This document shows positions 37,413 through 48,216 of a DNA stretch of 64,000 bases, piece by piece. The stretch lies in contig CAYVUR010000001.1 of NCBI GenBank assembly GCA_964455185.1, forward strand, positions 3,892 to 67,891, read 5' to 3'. The notes beneath the pieces are model-generated. The model saw only the letters and a list, made by a program, of their open reading frames with translations, ran no database searches and was not told the DNA's origin. This DNA comes from an uncultured Gammaproteobacteria bacterium. Its GTDB lineage: Bacteria; Patescibacteriota; Patescibacteriia; 2-01-FULL-39-33. Each line of letters opens with the position of its first letter. Within the stretch, counting starts at the first letter, position 1. The translations under genes and the position numbers were made by a program.

Positions 37413-38321
37413 ATGGAAGAACAAAAAACAACAAATGATAACAATCTTTATAATGATAACTGGTCAAATCAAGCCTTTTTTATTGAACAAAAAAGATTGC
37501 TCCGTAAAGAAAAAATTAATTCAATAATAATTATTATAGTCGGCTTGAGTGCTTTGTTTTTTGGTTTATTTGGAATGTTAGCAAATATTTCTAATCCTTT
37601 TGCTGATATTTTAAAAATTGGCCAAGCTCAGTTAAAAGAAGAAGCAGAAAAGGAAAAAATGCAATTATTAGCATTACAAACAACCGATATTGATGGTGAT
37701 GGTTTAGTTGATTATTTAGAACTTAATAAATATGGTACCAATCCTTATTTAAAGGATAGTGATGGTGATGGAATTGATGATAGTGAGGAAATATCAAGAG
37801 GATTGGACCCTAATTGTCCTCAAGGACAACAATGTCTTAATACAAATTTTATTAATAATGTTAATAATAATAGTAGTTCTTCGGAAAATATTCCTACTTT
37901 AGTTACGGAAATTCCTTTAGAAAACGGCACTGTTGCTATTACTCCAGATTTTTTAAGACAAGTACTTATTGAAAGTGGTTTTGATAAAGAAATGCTGGCT
38001 GAAGTGCCGGATTCGGAAATTATGGCGTTGTTTCAAGAATATGTCAAAACTAATCCTGAAATAGCTAGTAAATATTTTAACACATCCGAAGGAGAACAAG
38101 TAAAAACTTCTTTGCCAGAGCCTAATGCTTCTAATGTTAATCTTTCTTCATTAGGAGTAACAAGTTTAGAAGATTTAAAAAATCTTTCAGGTAGTCAAAT
38201 TAGAACTCTAATGATACAATCTGGCGCTCCAGAAGATTTACTTAAAACAGTTTCTGATGATCAATTAAAAGAATTATTTTTGAAAAAAATAGAAGAAAAA
38301 ATTAATTCAAATAGCAATTAA
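37413..38321 (+). CDS. Membrane-anchored protein with Ca-binding TSP3-like (DxDGDG) repeats
   Basis: One TM; DIDGDGLVDYLE...GTNP..KDSDGDGIDDSEE...LDP. Confidence 0.8.
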   Translation: MEEQKTTNDNNLYNDNWSNQAFFIEQKRLLRKEKINSIIIIIVGLSALFFGLFGMLANISNPFADILKIGQAQLKEEAEKEKMQLLALQTTDIDGDGLVDYLELNKYGTNPYLKDSDGDGIDDSEEISRGLDPNCPQGQQCLNTNFINNVNNNSSSSENIPTLVTEIPLENGTVAITPDFLRQVLIESGFDKEMLAEVPDSEIMALFQEYVKTNPEIASKYFNTSEGEQVKTSLPEPNASNVNLSSLGVTSLEDLKNLSGSQIRTLMIQSGAPEDLLKTVSDDQLKELFLKKIEEKINSNSN

Positions 38322-38327
38322 TAGTTT

Positions 38328-41300
38328 ATGAATAATAAACTCAAGATATATTTTTTTGTTGTAGTGTCATTGTTTATGTTTTTGGCGTCCACAACTCGTG
38401 CAGAGGCGCAAGTCAATGAGATTTACATGGAGGGTAATAGTGTTCTCTGGACTGGTGATAATTTTTCTTTAAACGTGACTCCTTGTGTTGGTGATCAATA
38501 TATAGAAGGAACCGCTTTTACTAAAAATCAAGCTGATTGTATTGAAAAACTTATTCAAAACCTTGATAAGAATACACAAAAAACAATTCAAGCTTACATG
38601 AAAAAACGTTTACGTGAAGAGTGGTGGGATCAAATGAAAACTAAGCTTAAAGAAGCAATGGCTGGAGCATTTAAAAAGTCATTAGAAAATATAGCACGTC
38701 AAATTGGTAGAGATACTGCTGTTTGGGTTGCTTCTGGCGGTCGTGGCCAAAAGCCATTGTTTATTACTGAAGGTTGGGGTGCTTATATGAAAAATATTGC
38801 TGATGTAGCTTTAGGAGATTTTATTGACCAAATAGGACAGAGTTTTGGTGTTGATTTATGCGAACCAGATTTTAATATTAAATTAGCTATTATTCTTGGA
38901 ATAGATGATAGGCAAACGAGAAGAGTTAGATGTAGTTTTTCTAAAATTATTCAAAATTGGGAAAGTGCTATTTCTAACTTTAATTTTTCTGTAGAATATC
39001 GCGCTGCATTAAGACCAGGTGAAAATGATATTTCAGTAGCTTTAATATTGGCTGACAAAAAACATAATTATATTGCTGGAATTGTGGAAGCAGCGGCTAA
39101 AGAGGCAGAAACTCAAGGTCTTTGGGCTAATATTAAAGATATTGCAGGCAAAATTCTTACTCCCGGTAGTATGATTCATGATAAATTTAAAAGTGATATT
39201 CATGATACTTCTAAATTAGGCTGGGAAACATTTACTGATACTATTTGGGATTTAATAGGTTCATTTTTAGATACTTTAGTGGGACAATTAGCTCTTAATC
39301 TTAAAAATGGATTTTTTTCTTCCAGTCCTGTTAAAAGTGATGATAATTCAAATCTTCCTGATTTAAGTTCTTTATTTAATCCTTGGTCTTCTCCAGTAGT
39401 AGCAGGAATTAAAGGTGCTGAAGGTAAATTTAATTATCTTAAAACTTCAACCATTAAAGTTGGCGGTCAATATGATTTGCTTAATAAACTTACTGCTTGT
39501 CAAGATCCTAATAATCCGGGACCAATGGGTTGTGTGTTAGATGTTAATTTAGCTTCTGCTATTAGACAAAAAACTTTAGTTAAAGATTTACCAGAAGAAA
39601 TTTTAAATCGACCCTTTGTTCCTTTAGCTAATAAAGTTGAAAATCCTAATGAGTATTTTAGTTTACGCGGCGTAACAATTTTAAGAAAATATCGTATTGT
39701 TCCGGTTGGTTGGGAATATGCGGCTAATTTAATTTCTCAGTTAGCAGCAAAAAATCCAAATTTCAAAGCCCCGACTCTTAAACAAATAATGAACGAATTT
39801 AATAATACTAACAGTGATTACTTTGGTTTAATTGATCCTTTTTGGGTATTGAAAGCCCCAGATATGTTCTGTCGTCGCGAAGGGTATGGACCGCAAAATT
39901 CTTTTTCTGGAGATCAAAATGGAGCAATATTTAGAGATAATTATTGTGCTGACGAACAACAATGTATTAAAGAAAACGATGATGGTTCTTGTGCTGCTTA
40001 TGGTTATTGTACAGAAGAACGTCGTGTTTGGAATTTTGGTAAATCTTGCGAGCCTAGATATAATACTTGCAATACTTATGTTAATCGTTTGGGACAAACC
40101 AATTATTGGTTAACTAATACTTTGGATTTCAGAGATTGCGATCAATCAACAGTTGGTTGTCGTTGGTTTAGTATAGAATATAATCCAGTTTCGAAATATT
40201 GGGTTGGAGCATATGAAAGTAATTTTTATACAGTTAATAACGAAACTACAGAGCAACAAATAACTCTTTCTGATGATAGTGGTTGGTTAGTAAGAGAAAA
40301 TCAATATGTTAGTAATAATAAACAATTAATAATGGCTTCTCCTTGCACTGAGGTTTTATGCAAGGATCCAGCAATGAATGGTAAATGTAATTTTGTTAAT
40401 AGGGCTTGTAAATTTAACACTGGTCTTTCTTGTAGTATACCTAGTGGAGGCATCAATTGTCGTTTACCTATTTGTGATAGCCAAACTGATGCTTTTGCTT
40501 CGGGAAATGGAGGATTTGAAGAACAGGAAGGTATTTATACTGATAATGCTAAAAAATGGAGTGATGAACTTTCCTTTATTACTCTAAATAATAGAGCTTA
40601 TAGAGAAATTAATGGCGGTAAATCAGGAGCTGGTTTACGAGTTTTAGCTAATGGCTCACCATCAGATATTTTATTATTATCAGATTCTTTTAGTGTAAAT
40701 CCCGGATCGTCTTACCATTTAAAATTTGACCTGCGAGGTTCTGTGGGAAATCAGGGAAAAGTTTTTGTATTTGTTTATGGTGGAGATAAAAGAATTAATT
40801 CTAATAATTTATCTGATATTAAAATTCTTGGTTCTATAGAAATAAATGCAGGTTATATAAGTAATAATTGGACATCTTTTAGAAGTTCTGAATTTCAAGT
40901 ACAAGAGTTTTCTACAGCTACAATAGCAATTATGGCGCCACAAGGAACTTTTGCTGATATTAGATTTGATAACTTTTCTTTAAATGAAGTTAGTAGTAAA
41001 TGTTTTGAAAATTCGGTTACAGTTTTTTCTTCAATAAAGCAAGAAGATAGGGAAAATATTAAAGATATTTATTTTGATCGAGATGCAGAATCTTGTTCAC
41101 CGGATTCTGCTGGATGTAGTCAATTTTTACGCTTGAAGGCTGGGATTGGTACTAATTTAGTTTATGATGGAGGTTTTGAATATGGTGATTTTGATTGGAA
41201 TAGTTATTGGGGGGGTAGTAAATTAAGTCCGATAGCAGAAATTAAAGATGGTAAAGCAAAATTAAGATATTCAACTGCATCTTATAGTACATATAAACCT

Positions 41301-44300
41301 ATAAATGTAGAACCAAATGATTATTATACAGTTTCTTTTGATGCCGCTCAAACATCAGATACTAATCATCATGAAATAAAATTTGAGATGGCTTTTGTTA
41401 GTGATATAAATTATGCTGGAAAATATCATTATGAAGTTAAAGATACTAATTGTAGCCAAACTGGAGATAACACAATTACTTTAATTTTTACTCCAGAATC
41501 TACTAATATGAAGCGTCAATCTTGTTGGTTTAAGGTACCTAGTGGAGCTAAGATATTACTATTTAAACCTTTTGCTTCATCTGAAACAGCTGAAATTTAT
41601 TTTGATAATTTAAAGATAGAGAAAGTTAATTATCCTTCTCTTACTCCAACTGCTTATACTCCTTATAATTTAGAAGATATTCAAAATCAACAAGTTACTT
41701 ATTTAAGAAAGGCTCCTGATTATTTCAATTGTTATTATTATACAGCAGAAGGAGTTAAGCGTTGGCCTATAACACCAAGTGAATTAAATTCAGTATTGGC
41801 CAATCGTAGTTTAGCTTGTTCGCAGTTTGCGGGAGTTTGTGCGCCATATGAAGTAGGGTGCGAATTATATAAACCACTTAATGGTGATCCTACTGTGCCG
41901 GGTGTTGCTAATGATATTGATGTTTGTCCAGCTGAATGCGCTGGTTATCAAGTTTATAAACAAGAAGTCACTAGATTTGTAAATGATAAATATCGTCAAT
42001 TTATAACTGACAATAAAATTAAATATTGTTCGGCTTCTTATGCTGGTTGTGATGAATTTACTAATCTAGATGAATTAGGCAGAGGAGCGGAAGCTAAAGA
42101 ATATTATTCAGCTATTCGCGCTTGTCAAAAACCAGACATTGATGATGGCGCTTTTTATACTTGGGAAGGAAGCGATGTTACAGGTTATCAGCTTAAAGCT
42201 TATAATTTAAAAAAATCTACTAGTACAGATCCCGACCCCAATGGAATCGGTGGAATTGCTCCTTGTACCAATCTTTTTTATGACAATCAAGGTAAACCTA
42301 AATGTAATGATCCTAGTACATGGCCTACTTCTTCCGAGGAACTTGAAAAGGCTGGTTTCTGTACTGTTAACGATTTAGTTACTAACGCTGATTGTCGTCA
42401 ATTTTATGATGTTGAAGGTAATGTTCATTATAGATTATTATCTCGTACTATTTCAGTATCTAATAATTGTCATCCTTATCGTCGTACTATGACACAAAAT
42501 TCTACGGCAGAAACTGAAGAAGATTGTAAAAGTCATAGTGGTTGGTGGAATAGTAATAACGAATGTATTTACATGGCAATTCCAGGAGAAGGAATGAAAT
42601 GTCCGGCCTCAGCTAAAGGTTGTCGCGCTTATACGGGAAATAAAGGTAATAATGTTCGTAATATAATAGAAGTTGCTAATTTTGGTTTGCAGTCTTCAAC
42701 TACTGGAAGTTGGGTAGGAGCAGACGGTACGTCTAATGGATTATTCGTGTCTTCCGAATCAACCTTTCCCGGTGGCAATTCTTTGATGAATCGAGGTACC
42801 ACAGTTATTAAGCATCCAGTAAAGATAAAGAAAGGTAAAACTTATATTTTAAGTTTCTGGGCTAAAGGCAGTGACAATTTTAGTATGGATTCGATAAAGT
42901 TTACTGGCGCTGGTACAGATACTTCTAAATATTTTGCCGTTAAACAAATTCGAGATGATAATTTGCTTTCTAATCGTCCTAACTTTAAACAAGATTGGAA
43001 TTTATATCAATTAGGGCCGGTTTTTGTTGATTGGGAGCCATCAGATAATGAATATTTAGAATTTAATTTACCAACTGGAGCAGGAATTACTGCTTATAAC
43101 ATTTATTTAGATAATGTAATTCTAAAAGAAATTGTTAATAATGTTTATGCTATTGAGAATTCTTGGTATACTCCTGTTTCTTGTGATAATAAATTAGATG
43201 ATCCTGACGGATCAAAGAGTATAACTACTGGAAGTTGTCAAGATTCAGCTTCAGGTCGTTGTTCAATTGGAGAAATGTTGGGTTGTACTGGTTATACTAA
43301 TAGAGCTAATCAAACTGTTTATTTAAAATCTTTTGCTTCATTGTGTCGTTCTGAAGCAGCGGGTTGTGAAGCTTTAATTGATACTAAAAATAATAATACT
43401 TCTTTAGCTAAGAGTTATCATGTAGGTGATAATTCACAAGTTAATGTTTCCGCTGATGAACAAGTTTATTTAGTAAATAGTCCACAATTTTCATGTCCTG
43501 CTTCTGATAAAGGTTGTACTCCATATGGATTGCCAATTATTGATCAGCAAGATAATGTTATAAGTTATCAAAGTGTTTTTATTAAGAATCAACCGGATAA
43601 ATACGAAATTGATCTTTGTTATGCTAAAAATCTTTGGTGTGAAGAATACTCTGCTAATGGAGGAGCAAAATATTTCAAAGACCCACACAACAAAATTTGT
43701 GTTTATGGTTCCACTAGAACCTCTACTTCTGCTATTTGGTATAAAATTGGCACTAATGGTGATCCTTGTGATGTAACATTTAATCAAACTTATGGTACTG
43801 GTTATGGTAGTTTAGAAAAGAAATTACAACCAGTAGGAGTAGTTTCGGGAGCTACTTATTCAAGTAGTGGAGAACCGGTTTATACGGGTTGGGCAGGAGC
43901 TTGTTCTCAGGATCAATCTGGTTGTACAGAATTTGTTGATCCACTTACAGAGATGTATAAGGAGGAGCTAGGAAAACTTAATTCCGATAATTCCGTTTCT
44001 TATTTACTCAAAGCAAATACTTTATATTCTATTTCTAATGATAGTTTTTATAAAATAAATATAAATTCAGATAATTGTGAATTTATTCCTCAAGACATTA
44101 CTTATTCTCGTCCAGGAGATACTAGTAGTGGCTATCTTTATTATGCTAAACCTAATTCAGATGATAAGTATTGTAATGTTACTATTTCATCATCTGATAA
44201 TAAAATTAAAGTAGCTAAAGCGGGTGTTTATTATAAGATAGCTAATTCAGTTGATAAATCAAGTTGTAATGGTTTAGTTGATTTTGGTACAGGCTGTGTA

Positions 44301-47300
44301 TTATTCAATGACCGTAGTGGAATTGATTATTCTACTACTACCATGTTTGGTAGAAATAAGTATCTCAATTTTGATGCTAATTATACTTATTTTATTCAAG
44401 GATATCCTTTTTCTTCTCAAAAAGTAGGACCAAAAACCGCTCAAGAAGCATTAAATAGTGGTAGCACACAAAATAGTAATAATACAGATATTATTTTACA
44501 AGTTAAACCAGATAGAACTTGTTCTAATTGGCTTGCTTGTACTTCTTATATTAAAGGCGATGGCAATTCTAGTAATGAGAAGTTTGGTGAGAAAGATTAT
44601 TGTTTAAGTGTTAATGCTTGCGATGAATTAAGCGAAGATAATCAATGTAGTCATTTAGTTTCCACTAACAAAGAAATTATTGACCTTACAAGTACAACAA
44701 CGAGATTATCTTATTTAAATAAAACAGGTTATTCTGTTCCCGGACTTTATCCTGTTGATCAAATGAAATATGAGGGCCAAGGTGCTAATGTTGGTAATGG
44801 TAATTTTGAAGTAAAACTTAATAGTGGCAAACCATTAAGTTGGGTTAATTGGTCACAGAATATAGCTTGGGATCCATCAATGTTTAGTGTTGTTTATGAT
44901 CCTAAAAATGCTCCAGAAGGAAGTAATTATTTAAGGATTAATTTTAAATCAACAGCAAAGTCAGAGATAATAGATGTAATTTCTGGACAAGATTATTATT
45001 TATCAGCTTGGATAAATACTGAATCTTTAAAATCTTCTTCTTCACCATTAAAAGAAAGAGCTGAAATAGTAGTAATGAATGCAGAGAAAGATGAAGAAAT
45101 AAATAGAGTTATGGTTTCTGCTGGATTGCCTTGGGCTCGAGTTACTCGTAAATTTACTGCTAATGCTAAATCAATTTATTTACTTTTAAGAAATTCTCCA
45201 GATGGTCCCCCATTTAGTACTAGTAATACTGGTCAACCAGTAGGTTATTCTCTTTTTGATGATATACAAATTACTCCTGTACTTAATGATAATGGAGATG
45301 GTTTAATGCTTCCTAAAACTTGTCGTATCTATCCATCGGCAGATGCTCCAGCTTGTAAATATAGTTCTGGTAATACTAATTATTATGGTTGGTATGGCTA
45401 TTGTTTAACTCCCGATCCTAATCGTCGTAGCGATTGTTTACAATGGTTTCCTGTTGATAAAATTAAAGGTGAATTTAGTAGTGACTACGCTTTAGGTTAT
45501 GATAATCGAGCGCCTTTGTATTATTGTATAGATTGGGACATTGTCTCTTTTAATATTAATGATTTAGGAGTAATTGGAAATATTGGAGAAGACGTTAAAG
45601 CAAAATATAGACAAAAAGTAAGTGCAATAATAACTGATAATAGAAAAGTAACACCGATTGCTTTTAATATTGATCCTGAATATGCTGGAATGTTTCGTTA
45701 TCCTTATATTTATAGATTTATTTTTGTAGGAGCATTTGGTGGACTTCAAAGAGATAATAATTTTAAACTTTTACCAATACTCACTTTTATGTATCCAAAG
45801 TGTGCGGTAGGATTTTTTGGATATCTGCCAATTTTTCATGGTAGTGATTGTAAAGATATTTTTAAATCACATTCAATTTTTAGTAGTAGCACAGAAGAAG
45901 AAATTAAAAACGAAGTTTGGATAAAAGATATTTTTGAAAGTTGTTTAGCTCCTGAGTTTAAGAAAGGTGGAAATGAAGGTTTTTGGATGGATAAAATGTG
46001 TGGAGATGGATTGGAAAATGGAGAGTATTGGCATGGTAAACAAATTGGTAAAAGTAGTAATCAAACATATAAAGGAACATATAAAGGCTCTTTATATTTT
46101 TCTTCTTCTCTTCCTCTTTCTTCTCCTTCTTCTTCAAGCACTGATTTAATAGAATTTACATCTAATAATTCTAAGACTGAAATTGCTGATTTTGATGGTA
46201 GTATAGATGGATATATGGATGATTATACATATAAAAATGATGGTAAAAGAATTGATTATTATCAATGTCTTAATAGAGAAAAAAAAGTTTGGGATTGGGA
46301 CAATAATGATTGTTCAGTAGAAGTATATGATTTTTGTTATTATAAAAATACTTTTTGTGAACTAGATAATCCAAATAATTATGAAGGCGAGAGTAGTTGT
46401 AGAGAATTTTGTTTTGGTACTCTTGATAGTATTGATGACGAAATAGAAAGTTGTATTAAAGAAAAAGTTCAACAAGCCAAAGCAGACAGAGGAGATTGCA
46501 ATTTTGCCGGCTTAAATATAAGCCAATGGATTAGATGTGTAGTTAATAAATTAGTAAACATAATTTCAAGTATATGGCTCAGTGTATCAAATATTGCTTG
46601 GAACGACACTGAAGATGTTTGGGGTGGTTTTGGAGCTTTTGGTTTTGTTATAGAAGGTATAGATATTAAACCATTAGTATTTCCCACTACTTTTTCTGGG
46701 GCTTTGAATGCTCCTAATATAATATTCGCTATAGAATTAGTAGCTAATGCTATTAAAGCAATTGGAGGCCAAGCTACAGAAAATATATTTATTGGAGTAG
46801 GTGCTTCAGGAGTTAAAATTATAACTGATCAAGATTCAAAGTATGCCAGTTCTTTGACTGATCCCGATCCTAATGTTTCTGGAAATGTTTTGGGTTATGC
46901 TTGGTTTTTAAATACATCAGAATTAAAAGGTGCTGGATTAGTTGGTCATTTTGAAGGATATATGAATATTCCTTATTGTAAAAAATTTGTTAAAGTTGTA
47001 ACAGCTTCAGGACAGAATAAAGCTTATTATAGTAAAGTGGGATTAGGTTCTAATTATAGTTATACTGTTAACGCTCAATCTTTTGGACCAAATCCAGCTT
47101 CAACTGCGACTTTTACTTATAATATGGATTATATGCCTTTTGGAGCTATTGTGCCGCCGTCATCTGGTAATATAGATGAACCAATAACTTGGGATAGTAA
47201 AACACTTTCTAGTATTGATCAGGGAAATATTAATTTACCAGGTGTAAATGTTTCTGGATTACAATTAATACAACCTACAGTTATAGGAGTTAATTATTCA

Positions 47301-48194
47301 GCAACTAAACAACCTTTATTTTTTGAAACGCCGGTATTAAGTTATGGTAATCCATATCAAGCTAGAGCTGGTGGAAGCGTTATAGAAAATAGTAAAGCTA
47401 ATTTTTTTAATAATAGTTTTAAAAGGATAGCGGTATTTTTAAATACTACAACAACACTTCAACAACTTTTTGCTAAAAGTTATGGTATTTTTATTTGGCA
47501 TTGGGATGAAATTAATATTTTTAATCCGAATTTAATATTAAAAGAATGGTTATTTTTTACTAATTCAAATGACAATACTAATTGTGTTCAAGATAATGGA
47601 AATAAGATTTGTACTCCTGTAAATGGTGTAAATGGTTCAGGGGGAAGTTATAAAGAAGAATTAGCAAGCCTTGATAATTGGGATAATGTAAGTGCAAAAG
47701 GTTTAGGATCAATAATTGATAATATTAAACTTGAAATAATTAGTAAATATGAAACTATTTCTTTAGCTAAATTAAGCTTTAATGTTACAATACCAGTTGA
47801 TCAATTACCAATCAAATCTTATACCATTGCTTGGGGCGATGGAACAGTTGATACTTTTTCAGGTGCTTCTCTTAATGATAAGCCAAACTCGTCCAGTACT
47901 TTTACGGTTTATCATACTTATGATTTCAATAAACTTAAGGATATTTCTATTTCTGGCTCCAATTTTAATTTATCAATGCCCTGTTGTGTAAAGAGTGGAT
48001 CATATGAGTGTACTGAGCAGTTGTCTATTGTGCCAAATGCTCCTGTTTCATCTGCATGTACCAACGCTACCTGTACAGCTACCATCTATATTTCGGTTAG
48101 AGATAATTGGGATAAAGTTAATTATTGTAATATTACTACAACCACTCAAGGAATAAATTATAATTATGCAACTGTAAGTATAAGTTCAAATTAA
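38328..48194 (+). CDS. Giant (3288 aa) secreted Cys-rich protein with CBM-like domains and C-terminal PKD-like domain
   Basis: Signal peptide ending AEA; recurrent CxxxxxGCxx[FY]; NGGFE/DGGFE/NGNFE domain starts; YTIAWGDG...HTY. Confidence 0.8.
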   Translation: MNNKLKIYFFVVVSLFMFLASTTRAEAQVNEIYMEGNSVLWTGDNFSLNVTPCVGDQYIEGTAFTKNQADCIEKLIQNLDKNTQKTIQAYMKKRLREEWWDQMKTKLKEAMAGAFKKSLENIARQIGRDTAVWVASGGRGQKPLFITEGWGAYMKNIADVALGDFIDQIGQSFGVDLCEPDFNIKLAIILGIDDRQTRRVRCSFSKIIQNWESAISNFNFSVEYRAALRPGENDISVALILADKKHNYIAGIVEAAAKEAETQGLWANIKDIAGKILTPGSMIHDKFKSDIHDTSKLGWETFTDTIWDLIGSFLDTLVGQLALNLKNGFFSSSPVKSDDNSNLPDLSSLFNPWSSPVVAGIKGAEGKFNYLKTSTIKVGGQYDLLNKLTACQDPNNPGPMGCVLDVNLASAIRQKTLVKDLPEEILNRPFVPLANKVENPNEYFSLRGVTILRKYRIVPVGWEYAANLISQLAAKNPNFKAPTLKQIMNEFNNTNSDYFGLIDPFWVLKAPDMFCRREGYGPQNSFSGDQNGAIFRDNYCADEQQCIKENDDGSCAAYGYCTEERRVWNFGKSCEPRYNTCNTYVNRLGQTNYWLTNTLDFRDCDQSTVGCRWFSIEYNPVSKYWVGAYESNFYTVNNETTEQQITLSDDSGWLVRENQYVSNNKQLIMASPCTEVLCKDPAMNGKCNFVNRACKFNTGLSCSIPSGGINCRLPICDSQTDAFASGNGGFEEQEGIYTDNAKKWSDELSFITLNNRAYREINGGKSGAGLRVLANGSPSDILLLSDSFSVNPGSSYHLKFDLRGSVGNQGKVFVFVYGGDKRINSNNLSDIKILGSIEINAGYISNNWTSFRSSEFQVQEFSTATIAIMAPQGTFADIRFDNFSLNEVSSKCFENSVTVFSSIKQEDRENIKDIYFDRDAESCSPDSAGCSQFLRLKAGIGTNLVYDGGFEYGDFDWNSYWGGSKLSPIAEIKDGKAKLRYSTASYSTYKPINVEPNDYYTVSFDAAQTSDTNHHEIKFEMAFVSDINYAGKYHYEVKDTNCSQTGDNTITLIFTPESTNMKRQSCWFKVPSGAKILLFKPFASSETAEIYFDNLKIEKVNYPSLTPTAYTPYNLEDIQNQQVTYLRKAPDYFNCYYYTAEGVKRWPITPSELNSVLANRSLACSQFAGVCAPYEVGCELYKPLNGDPTVPGVANDIDVCPAECAGYQVYKQEVTRFVNDKYRQFITDNKIKYCSASYAGCDEFTNLDELGRGAEAKEYYSAIRACQKPDIDDGAFYTWEGSDVTGYQLKAYNLKKSTSTDPDPNGIGGIAPCTNLFYDNQGKPKCNDPSTWPTSSEELEKAGFCTVNDLVTNADCRQFYDVEGNVHYRLLSRTISVSNNCHPYRRTMTQNSTAETEEDCKSHSGWWNSNNECIYMAIPGEGMKCPASAKGCRAYTGNKGNNVRNIIEVANFGLQSSTTGSWVGADGTSNGLFVSSESTFPGGNSLMNRGTTVIKHPVKIKKGKTYILSFWAKGSDNFSMDSIKFTGAGTDTSKYFAVKQIRDDNLLSNRPNFKQDWNLYQLGPVFVDWEPSDNEYLEFNLPTGAGITAYNIYLDNVILKEIVNNVYAIENSWYTPVSCDNKLDDPDGSKSITTGSCQDSASGRCSIGEMLGCTGYTNRANQTVYLKSFASLCRSEAAGCEALIDTKNNNTSLAKSYHVGDNSQVNVSADEQVYLVNSPQFSCPASDKGCTPYGLPIIDQQDNVISYQSVFIKNQPDKYEIDLCYAKNLWCEEYSANGGAKYFKDPHNKICVYGSTRTSTSAIWYKIGTNGDPCDVTFNQTYGTGYGSLEKKLQPVGVVSGATYSSSGEPVYTGWAGACSQDQSGCTEFVDPLTEMYKEELGKLNSDNSVSYLLKANTLYSISNDSFYKININSDNCEFIPQDITYSRPGDTSSGYLYYAKPNSDDKYCNVTISSSDNKIKVAKAGVYYKIANSVDKSSCNGLVDFGTGCVLFNDRSGIDYSTTTMFGRNKYLNFDANYTYFIQGYPFSSQKVGPKTAQEALNSGSTQNSNNTDIILQVKPDRTCSNWLACTSYIKGDGNSSNEKFGEKDYCLSVNACDELSEDNQCSHLVSTNKEIIDLTSTTTRLSYLNKTGYSVPGLYPVDQMKYEGQGANVGNGNFEVKLNSGKPLSWVNWSQNIAWDPSMFSVVYDPKNAPEGSNYLRINFKSTAKSEIIDVISGQDYYLSAWINTESLKSSSSPLKERAEIVVMNAEKDEEINRVMVSAGLPWARVTRKFTANAKSIYLLLRNSPDGPPFSTSNTGQPVGYSLFDDIQITPVLNDNGDGLMLPKTCRIYPSADAPACKYSSGNTNYYGWYGYCLTPDPNRRSDCLQWFPVDKIKGEFSSDYALGYDNRAPLYYCIDWDIVSFNINDLGVIGNIGEDVKAKYRQKVSAIITDNRKVTPIAFNIDPEYAGMFRYPYIYRFIFVGAFGGLQRDNNFKLLPILTFMYPKCAVGFFGYLPIFHGSDCKDIFKSHSIFSSSTEEEIKNEVWIKDIFESCLAPEFKKGGNEGFWMDKMCGDGLENGEYWHGKQIGKSSNQTYKGTYKGSLYFSSSLPLSSPSSSSTDLIEFTSNNSKTEIADFDGSIDGYMDDYTYKNDGKRIDYYQCLNREKKVWDWDNNDCSVEVYDFCYYKNTFCELDNPNNYEGESSCREFCFGTLDSIDDEIESCIKEKVQQAKADRGDCNFAGLNISQWIRCVVNKLVNIISSIWLSVSNIAWNDTEDVWGGFGAFGFVIEGIDIKPLVFPTTFSGALNAPNIIFAIELVANAIKAIGGQATENIFIGVGASGVKIITDQDSKYASSLTDPDPNVSGNVLGYAWFLNTSELKGAGLVGHFEGYMNIPYCKKFVKVVTASGQNKAYYSKVGLGSNYSYTVNAQSFGPNPASTATFTYNMDYMPFGAIVPPSSGNIDEPITWDSKTLSSIDQGNINLPGVNVSGLQLIQPTVIGVNYSATKQPLFFETPVLSYGNPYQARAGGSVIENSKANFFNNSFKRIAVFLNTTTTLQQLFAKSYGIFIWHWDEINIFNPNLILKEWLFFTNSNDNTNCVQDNGNKICTPVNGVNGSGGSYKEELASLDNWDNVSAKGLGSIIDNIKLEIISKYETISLAKLSFNVTIPVDQLPIKSYTIAWGDGTVDTFSGASLNDKPNSSSTFTVYHTYDFNKLKDISISGSNFNLSMPCCVKSGSYECTEQLSIVPNAPVSSACTNATCTATIYISVRDNWDKVNYCNITTTTQGINYNYATVSISSN

Positions 48195-48216
48195 ACATTT
48201 TAAATTTTTTCACTTT

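Noticed and set aside
46098-46136. TCT/CCT-rich tract in the giant gene
   Set aside because: Encodes a Ser/Pro linker; not a regular tandem repeat or frameshift-prone tract
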